Translations under genes and position numbers: made by a program | Notes under the pieces: generated by a model | Database searches by the model: none | Seen by the model: the letters and a program-made list of their open reading frames with translations, nothing else | What the model was told of the DNA's origin: nothing | Assembly (NCBI GenBank): GCA_003427395.1 | Contig: BFEA01000018.1 | Coordinates: forward strand, 2,876,315-2,940,314 | Direction: 5' to 3' | Length of the DNA: 64,000 bases | Source: Chara braunii | Lineage: Eukaryota > Plantae > Charophyceae | Part shown: piece after piece, positions 47,720-61,578 of the stretch | Numbering within the stretch: the first letter of the stretch is position 1 | Layout: every line of letters starts with the position of its first letter

Positions 47720-50700
47720 CTAGATTCTGACCCATGGTTTGGCGGACCAGTCCACTGTGCATAACGAGTTATTTCTAAGGACTCTCGCTAAGCACGTACG
47801 CAGGTCTTCTTCAGACCAAAAGGAGTTGGCCACCACTTGTCGGAGAGGGAGTTCCATTAGGGCTCCATGGTTGAACCACTTCAAGTTGGAGTCCTTTCCC
47901 TTCTCGAAGACTATGTACAGGTCGGTGGAGGCCACTCTCATTAGTCCTTCGAATTGTGGAAGCCAAGCTAGGATGCCTGTTGGGTAGTGCTTGCGAAGAA
48001 AGGGGTCTGTTTTTTTCTTAAAGTCCTTTTCTCTCAGGTGAGGGAGGGACCAAATGTTGTAGTAACCCCACCCAGGCAGTGTGAACCCTTCCTGCACAGG
48101 GGAGAGGCCGATCTCCATCCTGTCGTCTGCATATCTCAGGGGTATAATTGCCACCCCCTCTTTCTGAAGCAGAGTTTTTTCATATTGGCCGTCTATCACC
48201 AACTGCCGCAATTTTTGGTGACGAGCCTGATTTGAGAGGCAGTCGGCTGCTTTAGGAGAGGGTTGGGTTTAATCTGGGGGCTAGAACTGTCGGGCGGCGA
48301 GGTGACGAATCCGCTGGAAAATTTCAGGCCAAGAAATATGCGGTGGGGGCCCTGCTTCGAGGGCGTTACGCAAGGTCGGACTCTTGTCCAGCATGGTGAA
48401 CAGTTGGGCATAAGAGCAATCCCAGAAATCCTGTGTACCACCCGGGTGCTGAACGTGGAAGCCGTCTATCAGCCAGTCAGCTATAATTCTGAGTTTTTGC
48501 TCTATGTCCATATCTGCAGGTGGCGCAGTTGTGTCTTCAGGCTGATCAATGTCCATGGCTGCCACGTCTGGGGGAGGGGGGAGAGGAACTGCGGGCTCCT
48601 CTATGTCCATGGGCCGCGGGCCGAAGACTCCTTCGAGGTAGTCGTTTGTGGCGGGCTTTGGACGGGTTTCCTCTTTTCCCAGGGGCTTTGGCTGATGTTC
48701 TTCGCTCGCCCCGTCCTCCGTCTCCGTAACCCTTCGTACGGCATCCTCCTCCTTCCTTCCTTTTTGTGGCTCTGTCCCCCTCTGATTACCTTCCTTGGTT
48801 TGATCATATGAGGGTAGGATTTGAGATGGAGTCTGGGACCCGAGGTGGTTTTTTTCCGGCGGTTGGAAATGGGCCGCCGAGATTTTAAAATGCCTTTGGA
48901 GGGCCTCTCCCCACTGTATGTGACTCGGGAGGCCCCTTTCCAAGATGCTTCTTATCATTGCACTCTTTTCCAGGGCTTTCTCCAGCTGCGCGTGGGCCTG
49001 CGGCCAGAATTCCTCAGGGGCCCCTATGTAGCAGGACTGCAACCCAAACATGATCCAATCTGTAATGAACAGAAGTGAGGGGTTGGGGTTTTGGGTTAGT
49101 GCAAGGTCTATCGGGTTTTCCCTCCCTCCAATATCTTGCTCTAACAATTTACCGTAAGGGTCCCCTGAACCATTGCCTGAGTGTTGGCCAATGGAGGGGT
49201 GAATGTCTGAGCCCTTCTGGTGCTGGGTGTTCTGAAGTTCGGGCTGGCTGCCCTTGGTTGCGTCGTCTTCCTTCTCCAACTGTTCTGACTCATCGGTCAA
49301 CGCTGCGAATCTATTGCATCCCCCAGCCACTTCCTGCCATATCTCTTTGGTTCGGGGCGTCGTCCCCTTCCGTTGCCCCTTTTGAAGGAGGGCTTTGGAT
49401 ACTGGTTGGCCTCCTTGTTCCGTGAGGTAATCCTTCGGGGCCGGACCAAATGTCCTCTTCTCCGTGCTCTTTCGGCTTTCCGTTTCCGGCAGAGCGGGGG
49501 TAGCTTCCTTAGGGTGTAGATGGGACTTCACTGTTTTGGGGGGGACCCAGGAAGAAGGCGGTTTGGTCCCCTGGTTGGGGTCTCCCACCCCTTCCCATAC
49601 CCAACCAACAATACCCCCGCCCTCCTCGACCTTGTCTGCGTAGACCCACCCCTCGTGTCCCGGGTTCACCGTGCGCCAATGGGTACTCCTGAACGGGTCT
49701 TAGGTCAGGCGTCCTGTGGCTCTGACTTGGTTGATAGGGTGGTGGGAGCAGGCCGGGTCAGTATACAGATGACCGTAGGCTTGGCATTTAAAACACCAAG
49801 GCTGCAACTTGTGGACTGTGTGAATCATGAAGTCTCTCTCCCCCACCCGGAAAGGGATTATATCGTCTAACGAAAATGGTTGTCCTTCCGGGAGATCAAT
49901 TGCCAACATTAAGTAGTCATCACGTCTCGCCACATGAGGAGGAAGAGGATCAATGAAATCAATAATATCGAATCTCTCCCCAAAGTCTTGAACAAAGTCA
50001 GCCTGGATTTCAATGGGGATGTGGCGGAATTCCACCCAAAAATGATCTGCCATCATTCTTTCTCTTCTTTCTTCCGGTCTTTGGCGTTTCGGGGGTGTCC
50101 ATGGGTAGATGCGGACTTCAGATCGCTCACAACGAATCGATCTCCATTTGTCCATGGCTTGTTTGTCGCCCTCATATCTGCAAATGACCGTGACAGTGGA
50201 GGCGGAGATAGGCTGGAGCAGGAAGAGGTTTTGTGCCTCTTCTGTGCTTCCCCTAAGGGTGGCCAGCCTTTTCCGTATCCATCCCACTTTGTCATTTGTC
50301 GATTTGAAGGCGGCATCGTCGTGAAAGACCCAGTTGCTGGCGTGCCTCATGTATAGATCATCTCTGACTCTAACCTTTTCCGTCGGAAGGGTCTTAATTA
50401 CTGCCGATTTTCCTTTGAGATTGATGACCTTAGGTTCTGATGGAGTTAGAAGTCTAGTCAGGAAGAAAGCCCCTGCGGAAGATAGATTCTCCAGGGGGAT
50501 TTTCCATTCCCGTTTCTCTCCCTCCTCGGCCTTCCTTTGTACCGTGATTGACTACCCGGTGTGAGGTTTATTTAGGCGTGCGGCCTAGGAGAGGGAGGGG
50601 GAGGCATGCTCAGGAGGGGTAGGACACGAATGGGCAACATCAGTCCTTTCTGACTGCTGGCTGGTGGAGGTAGCCTGGCCACTATCGCTCCTTGACATCT

Positions 50701-50845
50701 CTTTCGCCAGGCTTGTCTCCGCGTGGGATTTCATTGTTTCCCGGTACAACAGCGTTGAGTCCAGCTTCTTGTGCGCTCTCTGTCGTCTGTGTTTTGTTAG
50801 AGTATCCTTGGTGGTTGTCAAGTTGTTCCTTGTCGTGACCTTCAT
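47720..50845 (-). pseudogene. LINE ORF1, 1042 codons with 4 in-frame stops
   Basis: Track ORFs 50585-50845, 49700-50350, 48281-49669 and 47720-48211 share one frame. FWVEFRHIP (DUF4283-like) and the knuckle CFKCQAYGHLYTDPAC are present. Confidence 0.8.
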
Positions 50846-50879
50846 GTTGTTTCTTGCGGCGGACGTGCCTCCCGTATCA

Positions 50880-51195
50880 GTCCCGTGTTAGTCTGTTTTA
50901 GCAGTAGCTGTCAATCCCCCCCTCGAGCACTGCTATTGCGAAACTGTCTTTATCCGTATCCTCTCTGCAGGCAACTTATGTCCTGAGGAGAGGGAGGAGG
51001 AGAAGAGAAGACGAGTTGAGGGCTCAAGATATGTCTAGCTGTCCTGTGTTAGTCTGTTTTAGCAGCAACTGTCAATCCCCCCCTCGAGCACTGCTATTAC
51101 GAAGCTGTCTTTATCTGTATCCTCTCTGCAGGCAACTTATGTCCTGAGGAGAGGGAGGAGGAGAAGAGAAGACGAGTTGAGGACTTAAGATATGT
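50880..51195. repeat. Two 161-bp tandem monomers in the LINE 5' UTR
   Basis: gtgttagtctgttttagcag at 50885 and 51046. Confidence 0.9.
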
Positions 51196-53732
51196 TGGGG
51201 AGCCAGAGGGGTCCATATAGAGAAAGAGGGAGGGAAAGGAAGGGAAAGGAAAAGTGGATCGGGAAGGTGTGGAGGGAGGGTTGGGGGAACAGATGGGCGA
51301 GCAGGGAGCCCAGAACTGCCTAAGACTGGTTGGGATTTGAAGTGAAGGGCAGACGGATCTGAGTCAAGGGGGGGGGGGTCAGGGGAAGAGGGAAAAAGGA
51401 TGGGCGAAGGAAGGAGTGGGGAGGAGATCGAAAATTTCCCCTACTCCCTTATCAAGAATCTGTACTACCTCCTAAGACGATGCTCTTTCCCTGTACAGAT
51501 GTGGAAATCCCTCGCACAAAATCGTTCTCAACCCTTGTTGCTTCCTTGCTTTCCCTTTACAAAGGGTCACGGTGTTCACAGGTATCCACCTTCCCCTTCC
51601 ACAATTCCTTCCCCTCCTTCCCTTTCCTGATTCCCTCCTTCCCCTTTCGCCTAGTCCCTTTCTACTCCCACCGCCATTCTATGTTGTTGGTTCCCCGTTG
51701 TTGCGGGCAAACCTGCTTACACTCCGTTTACCTGCCTGCTCTCTCTCCGGCGCGTTACTCCTTCAACGCACCTGACCCAGACCATCAGCCAGGTTCATTC
51801 AATCACCATACCATATAGCAAGCCCCGGTAGCTTTATGATGAGGATCAACACTACGCGCACACGCATCGATGATGCAGTGTCCAGCACAGCGAGCCAGCT
51901 CATTGGAGAACGGCCGCCGACCTCATCACCCTGCCACGGTCGTGTGAAGTCCTTCCCACGAGTTCGGCATGGACGTGGGATAAGGGGGAGAGGATGGGAG
52001 AGGGGCGCAATCCAGAAGAGCCAGGGGGGTAACAATTTGAAGGGAAGGAGAAAGGGGGAGAGGAGAGGGAAAGGGGAGGACAGGGGAGGGAAGAGGGGAA
52101 GATCGTCACCGGGAAGGAGAAACCAGGGGGGGAAGGTAGAACACAGTGATAGAGGAAGGGAACGAGGGGAATAGCGTGAGAAGGTAAGGGGGGGAAGGTA
52201 GGACACCGTGATAGAGGAAAGAAACGAGGGGGATGGAGAGGAGTCGGAGTGAGAAGGTGGCGGGGAAGTAGACAAGCCGTGGAGATGGAGAGAAGCCGGG
52301 GAGGTAACAGGGCGAAGTCGAAGTGAGAAGGTGGCAATTCTGAGAGGGGTGGAGAGGCGAGGGGGAGGGTAGAAAATCGTGACAGAAAAGCGAAAGAAAA
52401 AAGGGGGGGTGTTGGAGAGAAGTCGGAGTTCGAAGGTGGCCGTTTAAGGGGAAAAAGAGAGAGGATGGTAGCGATATAGGAGGAGAGGAGGAAACACCTA
52501 ACCGGTTTGCGCTGCTGGTTTATAGCATGCCTTGCCCTGTTTCAGTCGTCTTGTGGTGAAGCGCTTGCTCATGTGTGCCTGGCTCGCTTCCCCCACCGCG
52601 CCAGTTTAGTGGCGCGGGGCCCCAAGGAGAAGCAAGCTATGGCCAGTCTCCCTCCTTGCGCAATCTCGCCAGGCTCTGTTGGTCCTGCTTCCTTGTTCAG
52701 TAGTTGTTCCGCTGCCCTGCTCCTGTGCTCTCCCTCTTCTCCCCGAGGCAAGCCGTTCCACCCCGATGACTGTTTCACACAACCTCCAGCGTACGCCTGT
52801 TGTGTTGTTGATCGCGCGCTCTTGATCTTATGTTCGTCTCACTCTTCCCCCTTTGTCTTTCGTTCCTTCGTCCTTCTGATCGCCCGCTCCCACTCTTCGC
52901 CCCCTTGACTTGCAGGTCCTTGTATTCGTCTCACTCTTCCCCGTATGTCTTTCGTCCCGTCGAGCCCCGGATCGCCCACTCCAGATCTTGTGTTCGTCTC
53001 CTTCTTCGCCCCCTTGGCTCGCAGATCACCCGCTCCTAGCCTTGTATTCGTCTTACTCCTTGCTAGTTTGCAGATCGCGCGCCACTACTGTATTCATCCC
53101 AGATCGCCCACTCCCGACCTTGTATGCATCTCATTCACTCACACTTCGGCTCCGAAGGCTAACTCCACTCGGTTCCAATGACAAACGAGTACATTCGATC
53201 CCCTCTGAGCCCAATTCAGCCTACATACTAAGGCTCTGGCTATGGAACCCTTACGTGGCACCCGCGGGGAGACAGTGAAGTGTTCCCAGCGTGTGAGGAC
53301 GCCATCCACATCAGCCCGTGACGTGGCATGCCCTAGTGCCCCTACTTGCCGCGCGTGTGCGAAGCGCACAACCTCCTCGAGAGGCGAGCCACCACAACCA
53401 ATACGGGTACTCCTTGCTAGTTTGCAGATCACGCGCCACTACTGTATCACATCCTCACATTAGTGGTCAACCTCATTTAGATGGCTCCTGTCAATTGGAG
53501 CTTCACTTATTGGCAATCAGGCCCAGCTTCCCTGAATGACATGAATGTACAGTTTGTATTGGTCCAATCCTGTGTTGCCTCCTATACTGTTTTGAGCGAG
53601 CTTGCGAATTCAGACACAAAGGAAAAATTTTGCGCGCAACCACTCCATCCGTTTAACAAGGTTCCTACATTGTCCTCTGGGGTGATATGTATCTTCAAAT
53701 GTTTACTCTTGGAAACAACCCGGAGAGTCATA

Positions 53733-53819
53733 TTGTCTTCCCCTAAATACAATGCGCCCTTCTCATGACAATATCAAAGTGGAAAGATCACGAGGGTGTA
53801 TTGTGTTTGAGGAAGACGG
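53733..53819. mobile_element. Tc1/mariner-like MITE, same family as 28870
   Basis: TA|ttgtcttcccctaaatacaatgcgccc...gggtgtattgtgtttgaggaagacgg|TA. Confidence 0.7.
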
Positions 53820-54501
53820 TAGTGTGAGCATGCTCTAGTACACGATGACAATGAAGTAATTTCTTAGACCATGAATGATGCCTTCATTCATTGCTTGCCT
53901 CCTCTTATATTTCAAGGTGTGAGTTGGCTCGAAGGTGAGAGACCTTACCCTGTTTTCCACTGCCGGTTGGAATATGTCAACTGTGTCGAATCATGTCGAG
54001 TGTCTGGTTGGGGTTGAAAGGCTTGCGTCAAATTGTATATTAAATTGTTCATGGGACAAATGCGAGGAGGTATTGCTGCCCACCAATACAGTATAGCCTC
54101 AGCACCACTGAAGGCAGGAGACTTGAATCCCTCACAAGGAGGCTTCCTCGGGCCTGGACCCTGCCAAACCCACACGGACCATAGGACGACCAAATGAGCT
54201 GGAGACGCTTAATTTAAAAATTTTATTGGGGTTCTTTGTCCGTTCTATGAAGTTCAAATTTGTTAAACAACCATTACCTTTGAGCCTTAATTGTACAGGC
54301 GGAAAAGAACAGTGCGCCGAGCTTTGCCGAAACACAAGTGCAATTTTTTTTTCCCTTTTAGGTTCGCGTCACCAACTATTTTGGTCAAGTAGCACCGTCC
54401 ACCCGAAAATCGTGGAATGATTCACTTTGGTGTTTCTAGTTTGCCTGTGGAAAGTAATGGTTGTTGAAATATAAAAAAAATATCACTTTTAACGAAATTG
54501 T

Positions 54502-54606
<105 letters not shown>

Positions 54607-54756
54607 ACACACACAGAAACACGCACACCAAACGCATGCACACACCAATAGAGATGCACATATGAAATAATAAAGTGAAAGAAAAGCTAAGCAAACAAAG
54701 GAGCACTTCATAACATCAGGGTCGCCATGATATTTTTCTAATATTATTCTCCATCA

Positions 54757-55053
54757 AACTGACATTTCGTTAAAACTGACATTTTTTTTCTAAATTCACG
54801 AAATTGAGCATACAAAAAAACAACATTTTTTAGTGTTTTTTTGTCCCCTTGACGTCGGATGATCAGATCATCGGGTGTCGTGGCAACTCCCGATGATCTG
54901 ATCATTGGATGTATGTTAACGGTACTTTACGTTGAAGTACATCAGATGGACAAAGTGAGATAACCATTTTCTCACCCAATGAACAATGAAATTTTGACTA
55001 AGTCCACTTTCGTGAATTTAAAACAAAATTTCAGTTTTAACGAAATGTCAGTT
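54757..55053. mobile_element. MITE related to 33979-34223, with a central palindrome
   Basis: Perfect 23-bp TIR aactgacatttcgttaaaactga; flanks ATCA/ATCG; central gatgatcagatcatcggg/cccgatgatctgatcatt. Confidence 0.8.
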
Positions 55054-56942
55054 ATCGTTAGTTTATGTATGTGGGTCAAAGCGAGATAATGAGAGAAAAT
55101 CAGGGGAGGAAGGGAGAAGCTATGTCACGAACTCAACTGTAGAGATTATAAATTTCATAAATTGATCATAAATGATATCGTGAAAATTTTACATGAACCT
55201 AAATATATAAAATTAGAAAACCTTCGTTTTTTATTCTGAACCAAATTGAGAGAAAAATAACAATATTCATGATGGGCAACCAACCAGAAAAAAAAGTACG
55301 TAAACGAATTAAAATCTTATTGACATACTCGCTTAAAATGAAAAAGCAAAACCCATGGAATCATGTTTTATGCTATGAACTCATCTTATACAATTTTAAT
55401 ACCAACATCGCACCACTCTCTAGCACAAACGCACATGCTCGCACATACGAGAGAGATTGACAACATCAGTCTCCTAACCATTTTGCGATTCTATGCATAA
55501 ATTATATTTTAAAGTTACTTATGTGTAAGAATTGTCAAGATATATGCTATAAAGCATACAATATAACATATATTAATATTTTTCACTAATTTTTTAAGTA
55601 TATTTGAATTCTCATTTTTTCATACGTCTTTATATTCATGGGATTAAAAGTCATCAACTTTCAAACTAGCGTTACCAATATTCAGGTAAAACCGAAAAAC
55701 TTATGCCTTATATTCAAAACTTCAACATTTTGTTACGAACCTTTCCTCGATTTATACATGTAAAGTTATAAACCTTATTCAAGGGTTATACTAATATTTT
55801 TTGTAATATTTTAATTTTTACTTATGTTATTGTGATTTTATTTCTTTCCTCTGAAAGTTTTTTTTTTATTCAAAATTACAATTTGTATTTGTATGTGAAA
55901 AGTATATTTTTTATTTTCAATTTTTTTTTATTTTTTTTTTTTAATCATTTTGTGATTTATACATGCAAACCTTATTCAAGGGTTATACTAATCTTTTTGT
56001 AATATTTCAATTTTTACATATGTTGTTGTGAGTTTATTTTTTCCCTATGCAAGTTATTTTTAAATTCAAAATTGAAATATAGATTTGTGTGTAAGAAATA
56101 TTTTTTCTTTGTATGTGTAATGAAAGTTGTTTGGGTGGCAAATCTCGTACCGTAGAAATGGAAAAGAAGGAGGTAGAACGAAAATTGTATGGGTAGTAAA
56201 TCCCATACCTTGGAGAGGGAGAAAAATGAGGAATGAGGTGGAGATGGATGAAGGACACAACATCACCACTACCTGACTCACACATTGCACCGTACTCCAA
56301 ACACGTACAATGTAAAATGAAGATGATATAAAATGCAGTTGTTATATACCCCTAGAGGATTGACTGGGCTGGACTCACGACCTCTGAGATCAAGCCAACG
56401 GCCGGGTCCCAAAGGTTGAACATACACAAAGTCAAAATAGTCAAAACATTCAAAACAACCTTGACCCTTAATCATACATAGACGTGCGCATCCATGTACG
56501 GGGTTGACACGTGCATGTACATGTATTAGGGGGGAAAATAAAAATATATATTTTTTCTCTTTATTTTTTGTTCTCACATACAAGTATACAAACATCATAA
56601 TTGTGCGTTGACAAACGCTCTTGCACGCAAGTATTTACGAGCAAGTACATGTGCACGCATATGAGTACATGTGAGAGATAAATAATTAATGCATTCTCTT
56701 TGTCCATTCATATGTGTTTTGTAGGCGTAAGTTGAAGCACACTCGCACGAGTGAGCACGAACATGCACGTATAAGTGTAGATGTATACACACATGTATAT
56801 ATATGTGAATGAGGAACAAATAATATTTTCTCGTTTTTTTTTTCAACCACAGGTATATGCATTTTTATGCTAACTCTTGTGCATGGACGTTTATAAGCAT
56901 GTTTATGAGTAAATACAACTAAGTTGGTCGGTTCAAAAAAAA

Positions 56943-56982
<40 letters not shown>

Positions 56983-59093
56983 TTGACACAATGTTATGAC
57001 CCTGACTCTTTGTCAACCTAAGTATTTTAGGCTGTGCGAAAAAACTTCAAAAATTGGCTTAGACCTGCGTTACCAATCAGGCAACGTGGTTTGCCTCAGA
57101 TTAACCCATATAGCCCAACCACGCCTGGTCCGATCAAAGTCCCGATCAACGTCTCAAGCGATCCCATTGCCAAAAAAATATATGAAAAAAAATTATGTTA
57201 TGTAAAATTGCAAACACCGCATCTTTTCGTTTTTCTTGAGGGTGACTACAACATTTGCTATGGAATCTGAAGAAAAAACAAATTAAAAATAAAATACTAA
57301 ATTATATCATACCCCTTAATGGCTCCTTAAGCCCTTTCAAGCCTCGCCGAACCCTTTTTACTCCCCATACACACCCTTCGGTGAAATATCACCAAATTCA
57401 AAGATGAGGTTGGATTTTGACACATCCCTGTGAGTGCAAAATCGGACCGCAACCAACAAATGAAAAAAAAAATTGACCTATTTTTGATATCGTCATGCAA
57501 GTTCGTCCGGTTTACCAGGATGGGTGACTTGGGCCGATCGACTTTAGTAATATAAGCTTAGACTTAATTGTATAAACATAAATCTAAAAGGTTTTAATAT
57601 TTTATATTGGTCTTAGTCTCATTGAAATGTTTGGTCAGGTAACAAAATTCTTTTAAATATAATTAACATATCAGTTAATATTATAAAATTTAATAATTTG
57701 ATTGTAATAGATGGGTTGAGATTTATTTGGATTTCCAAATACGAAATAAAATCTTTAAAAAATGTATGATGCGTATGTAAAATATAAAAAAACGTGTATT
57801 TTTTTCATACAAATCTTGAAGGGGGTTAAAAAGGTTTATACAGAGTGAAAACAAGGTGTAAACGAGTTTAAATGCGAGTTACTTAATAAATTCGATCTAA
57901 ATAATTTTTTATTTTTTTGCTATAATATATTTATGAAGTTAAAGGTCACCTTCAACATGAAGTTATTATATTATCATTGTCAGGATAACCGACATTTTAC
58001 TGGTCCTAACGTCCGAACATTCTTTGCCTCCTCCACGAACGTTTTGATTAATGCCCTAAGTTTTTTTATTTTATTTTTTCGACAAATGGTTTGCAAAGGA
58101 GGCGTTTTACATATATACATATTTAAAAATGAAAAAATTACGACACACCCCTCCCCCTCTTGTGCACACGTACAATCAATCCAGTAATCAATCAATAAAT
58201 ATGGAGGGGAGGTTCATTTTTTTTTAAAGTTACCTATCTTCTACTTTTTTCTTTTTGTTTGCTTAAACCACTAGTACCTCCTCCAGTATTGAAAAATTGG
58301 GGAAAAACGGTCCCCAAATAAATCGGAGGTCCAAGGAGGACCGACATAAAAAAAAAAAAAAAAAAGATTGGGTTGTCATGAAAAAAAAAACAAGAGCAGA
58401 CATTCGGACCCTACGGGCCCACGTCGAGGGGAAAAAAATTAAACAAACGTAACTTCGTTGAATGTAGCAACATTGGGAATACCCCTATGGAGGTGGAATT
58501 GAAACTAGTGCTTTGAAGAATGTATCTGACCAGTATGTGTGGAACGTGATTGCGTTTAATTTTGTTTTTTCTTTTGCTTTATTCATTGTTTTTTGTTTTC
58601 CGCCAGGAGACAGGGAAGATTTCATGCACTACCTTACTCGCCTCATACTCAAAGAGGTATTGTAGGGTCCTCGCGAGACAACTAACTGCCTCGCTCACCT
58701 TATACTCACACCAGTACTGTAGTGTCTCGTATCCGACCGTGATCGCAATATAAGGGATATACAATTTTTTTGGTTCTTACGCCTTGACGGAGGGCACAAT
58801 CTCACTACCACCTCGCATAATGTATCTGATGGCTATCACGATGTCAATATTTTTTTTTTTTTTTTTTTTAATGTAACTGTCATGAGGATAAAAAAAAAAA
58901 TACAATGGGACCCAGGTTCAACAAAACTCGTTGTGCAGGGAAATTCAAGGTCAGCAAAAACAATCTCGGAGGTACCAGTGGCTTAACATAATACAAGGAA
59001 AATTTAGAGGTAGGCTAGGCTACCAGAGTGGTCTGGGACCATTTGCTCGGTCGGGCAAAAACAAATTAAAAAAATATATATAATATATAATAA

Positions 59094-59124
<31 letters not shown>

Positions 59125-60167
59125 CACGGTTATTGGGCAACTACGTTTGATGATATATATATTTATATTTTCCAACTTTATCTTTATTTAAAGTTTAGTA
59201 ATGAATTTCGATGTGACACTGAGGCAAAAGTTGTTCAATTTATTTTAATGCATAACATTATTTTTTTTTTTCATATTTTTTGGAGTTTTTTTTTTTTTTT
59301 TTTTTTAGCGGTCTTCTTTGACCCGTGCACGGTCGGGATGCCCGGGCAAACAAGGTGACCAGGGCGGCCCGACTGGTAGCCAAGGAGGTAGGTGCTTTAT
59401 GGTATGTTTTATCTACATAAAGAAAAGTCTTAGGACCCGAAATAGGGTTTTGGCAGACCTTGAACCGTTGGTAGGACGAGCCTATCCCGAAAGTCTGGTC
59501 CGGTAACCCTGGTCATGGTCACTATACACAACATAGTATTTATTTTTTTATGTGTTTTTAAAAGATACGTACCTTTTTTTCACTGAGTAATATATGTTTT
59601 CGTGTGCGATACTTTGAGATTTCACTTGGCTTTGGAAATTGAAATGAGAAATTTGGGTTAATATCTAGCAGTGTTTTGAAGGTTTAATATACAAATAATT
59701 ATGTCATTTGTTTACCTATAAAGCAATATAACTTTAAATATAATTATCTATCATAACCATAATCATTTGAAAAATATATTATGATTTGTTACTGTGGAAA
59801 AAAAATTAAAAAAAATATTTTCTTAATTTTTAATTTAGTTTTTTTAAATATTATAAAAGAAATAATTCATGCATTGAATATCATGAAAATAATAATAATG
59901 TTATCCCCTTTAAAAACTATTATTCTTATGTAGTATTACAAACAATGTATCATTTTAAAATTTGGTGTGGATTTATGGTCTATAGGGCTTTTTCGTGCAT
60001 TGTGATAAATTTATTATTGACTTAGAGTTTAAATCTTATTCAATATATATGGTATAATATTGGTTATTACTAGCAATTTGCCTTACCACTTGCAAAATTG
60101 TGCTTCAGTGAAGATGTGGCGCCCAACATTTTTATTGTTTGAATATAAAAACTCGTAACTTTCTTTT

Positions 60168-60557
60168 GGTGAAAATTTTCGAAATGCCCCTCCGACTTTC
60201 ATTTACTTGCGGTCTGCCCCTTTGGCGACCAAATTACAGTGTCGCGCCCCTTTGACAATGATTGAAGTTTTGGAAACCCCCCTGGCGTTGTTTGGGCCTG
60301 AAATGTGTTTAATATGCTCCTGCTGGTACTGGTTCCAAATTTTAAGTATAACCCCTGATAGCTTCTCTCCCAGGACGAGGGAAACGGCTGCGAGTGCCAC
60401 CAATGGCCACAGGGGCATGATGGAAAGTTGCACCTTTCACTGACAGGGGCCTACAAGAAACTTCAGAGGCCCCAAGGGCACGACAAGACAAGTCGGCCGT
60501 TGGAGGGGCATATTTCAAATAAATGGAAGTTGGAGGGGCATTTCAAAAAAAAATCCC
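60168..60557. mobile_element. Mutator-like (MULE) MITE
   Basis: TIRs gaaatgcccctccgactttcattta / taaatggaagttggaggggcatttc, GG...CC ends, and a 9-bp flank ctttctttt / ttttctttt. Confidence 0.8.
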
Positions 60558-60923
60558 TTTTCTTTTCCTCCTTATGAGACCTCGCTCAACTTACCCGAAT
60601 ATTTTTTCCTAGCATGTTCCCTAGTTTTTCTGTCTGAAGGAACTAGTCATTCTGTGAGCCCTGCAGCCCTACCCTGGCAGCCGCAACTAAAACACACGGG
60701 TACTCTGCTACTCGGAGCAATTTTCCTTCGCAGAGAGATGCGCCAAGCCCCTACCCCAAAGAACGCCAGTCTCCCCCCTCACACGTGCCCCACAAGGGAG
60801 TGCTCCCCCTGTCGATCCCCTAATATATATTTGTGCTCCCCCTGTCGATCCCCTAATATATATTTCGTGAGCAGTATGGAGGTAAGTACATTGAGTCCCA
60901 TTCTAACACCAACTGACTGTGGT

Positions 60924-60990
60924 CAGTGCAGCCGGGATCGAGCCCGTGACCTCCCTGTTCCGATGCCAAAGGTCTAGCCACCCGCCCTAC
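60924..60990 (-). mobile_element. Degenerate tRNA-like/SINE head
   Basis: Minus strand reads ggtagggcgggtggctaga...gaggtcacgggctcgatcccgg, with A/B-box-like motifs. Confidence 0.35.
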
Positions 60991-61489
60991 CACGCCTGCC
61001 CCATGAAGCGACGGACGACGGCTTGGCTTGGGTCCGGCAGTGGCGCCATTCCATTCCATGGACCAGTCCATGGACCAGGTCCAACTCGATGGCCACACCG
61101 ACGACACCGCCATCCGACCCGTTTGCGTTTCCGACCCTCCGTAGGCCCACCGGCGTGAGAGCCAGCGGCTCCCGCGGCGCTTGTCGCCTCCGCCCGTCCG
61201 GTGGCCCCCCTGCAGGACGGTAGGTACGCCTCGGACGGAATTGCTTTGGCATTGGCATCGGCATCTTATGACAGTGGCACTGCAGCTCCTATCAACTGCC
61301 ACGGTTATCAATCAACAATGCCTCAACGATAACCTTGCCAATCGTGTTATTCAAGCTGACGTGTCACTCTCCGCTTCCAGCTGTCCTGTGCACATCGTCG
61401 AACGCAAACATTGTCTTCTACCAGATCGCACCTCGACTGACGTACGCACTCGCGTGCACTGTGGTCTATCTTACGTAAGCACACACACA

Positions 61490-61505
61490 AACACACACAC
61501 ACACA

Positions 61506-61578
<73 letters not shown>

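Larger units (their letters stand above)
42444..51430 (-). mobile_element. Near full-length decayed L1/Tx1-like LINE (~9 kb)
   Basis: 5' UTR with tandem monomers, ORF1 with a zinc knuckle, ORF2 with EN-RT-zf, and a 3' UTR with a stem-loop motif. The 5' boundary is approximate. Confidence 0.92.

Noticed and set aside
47720-48211. YADD as a reverse-transcriptase catalytic motif
   Set aside because: It lies in ORF1 without surrounding RT motifs; the true site is SLFADD near 45460.
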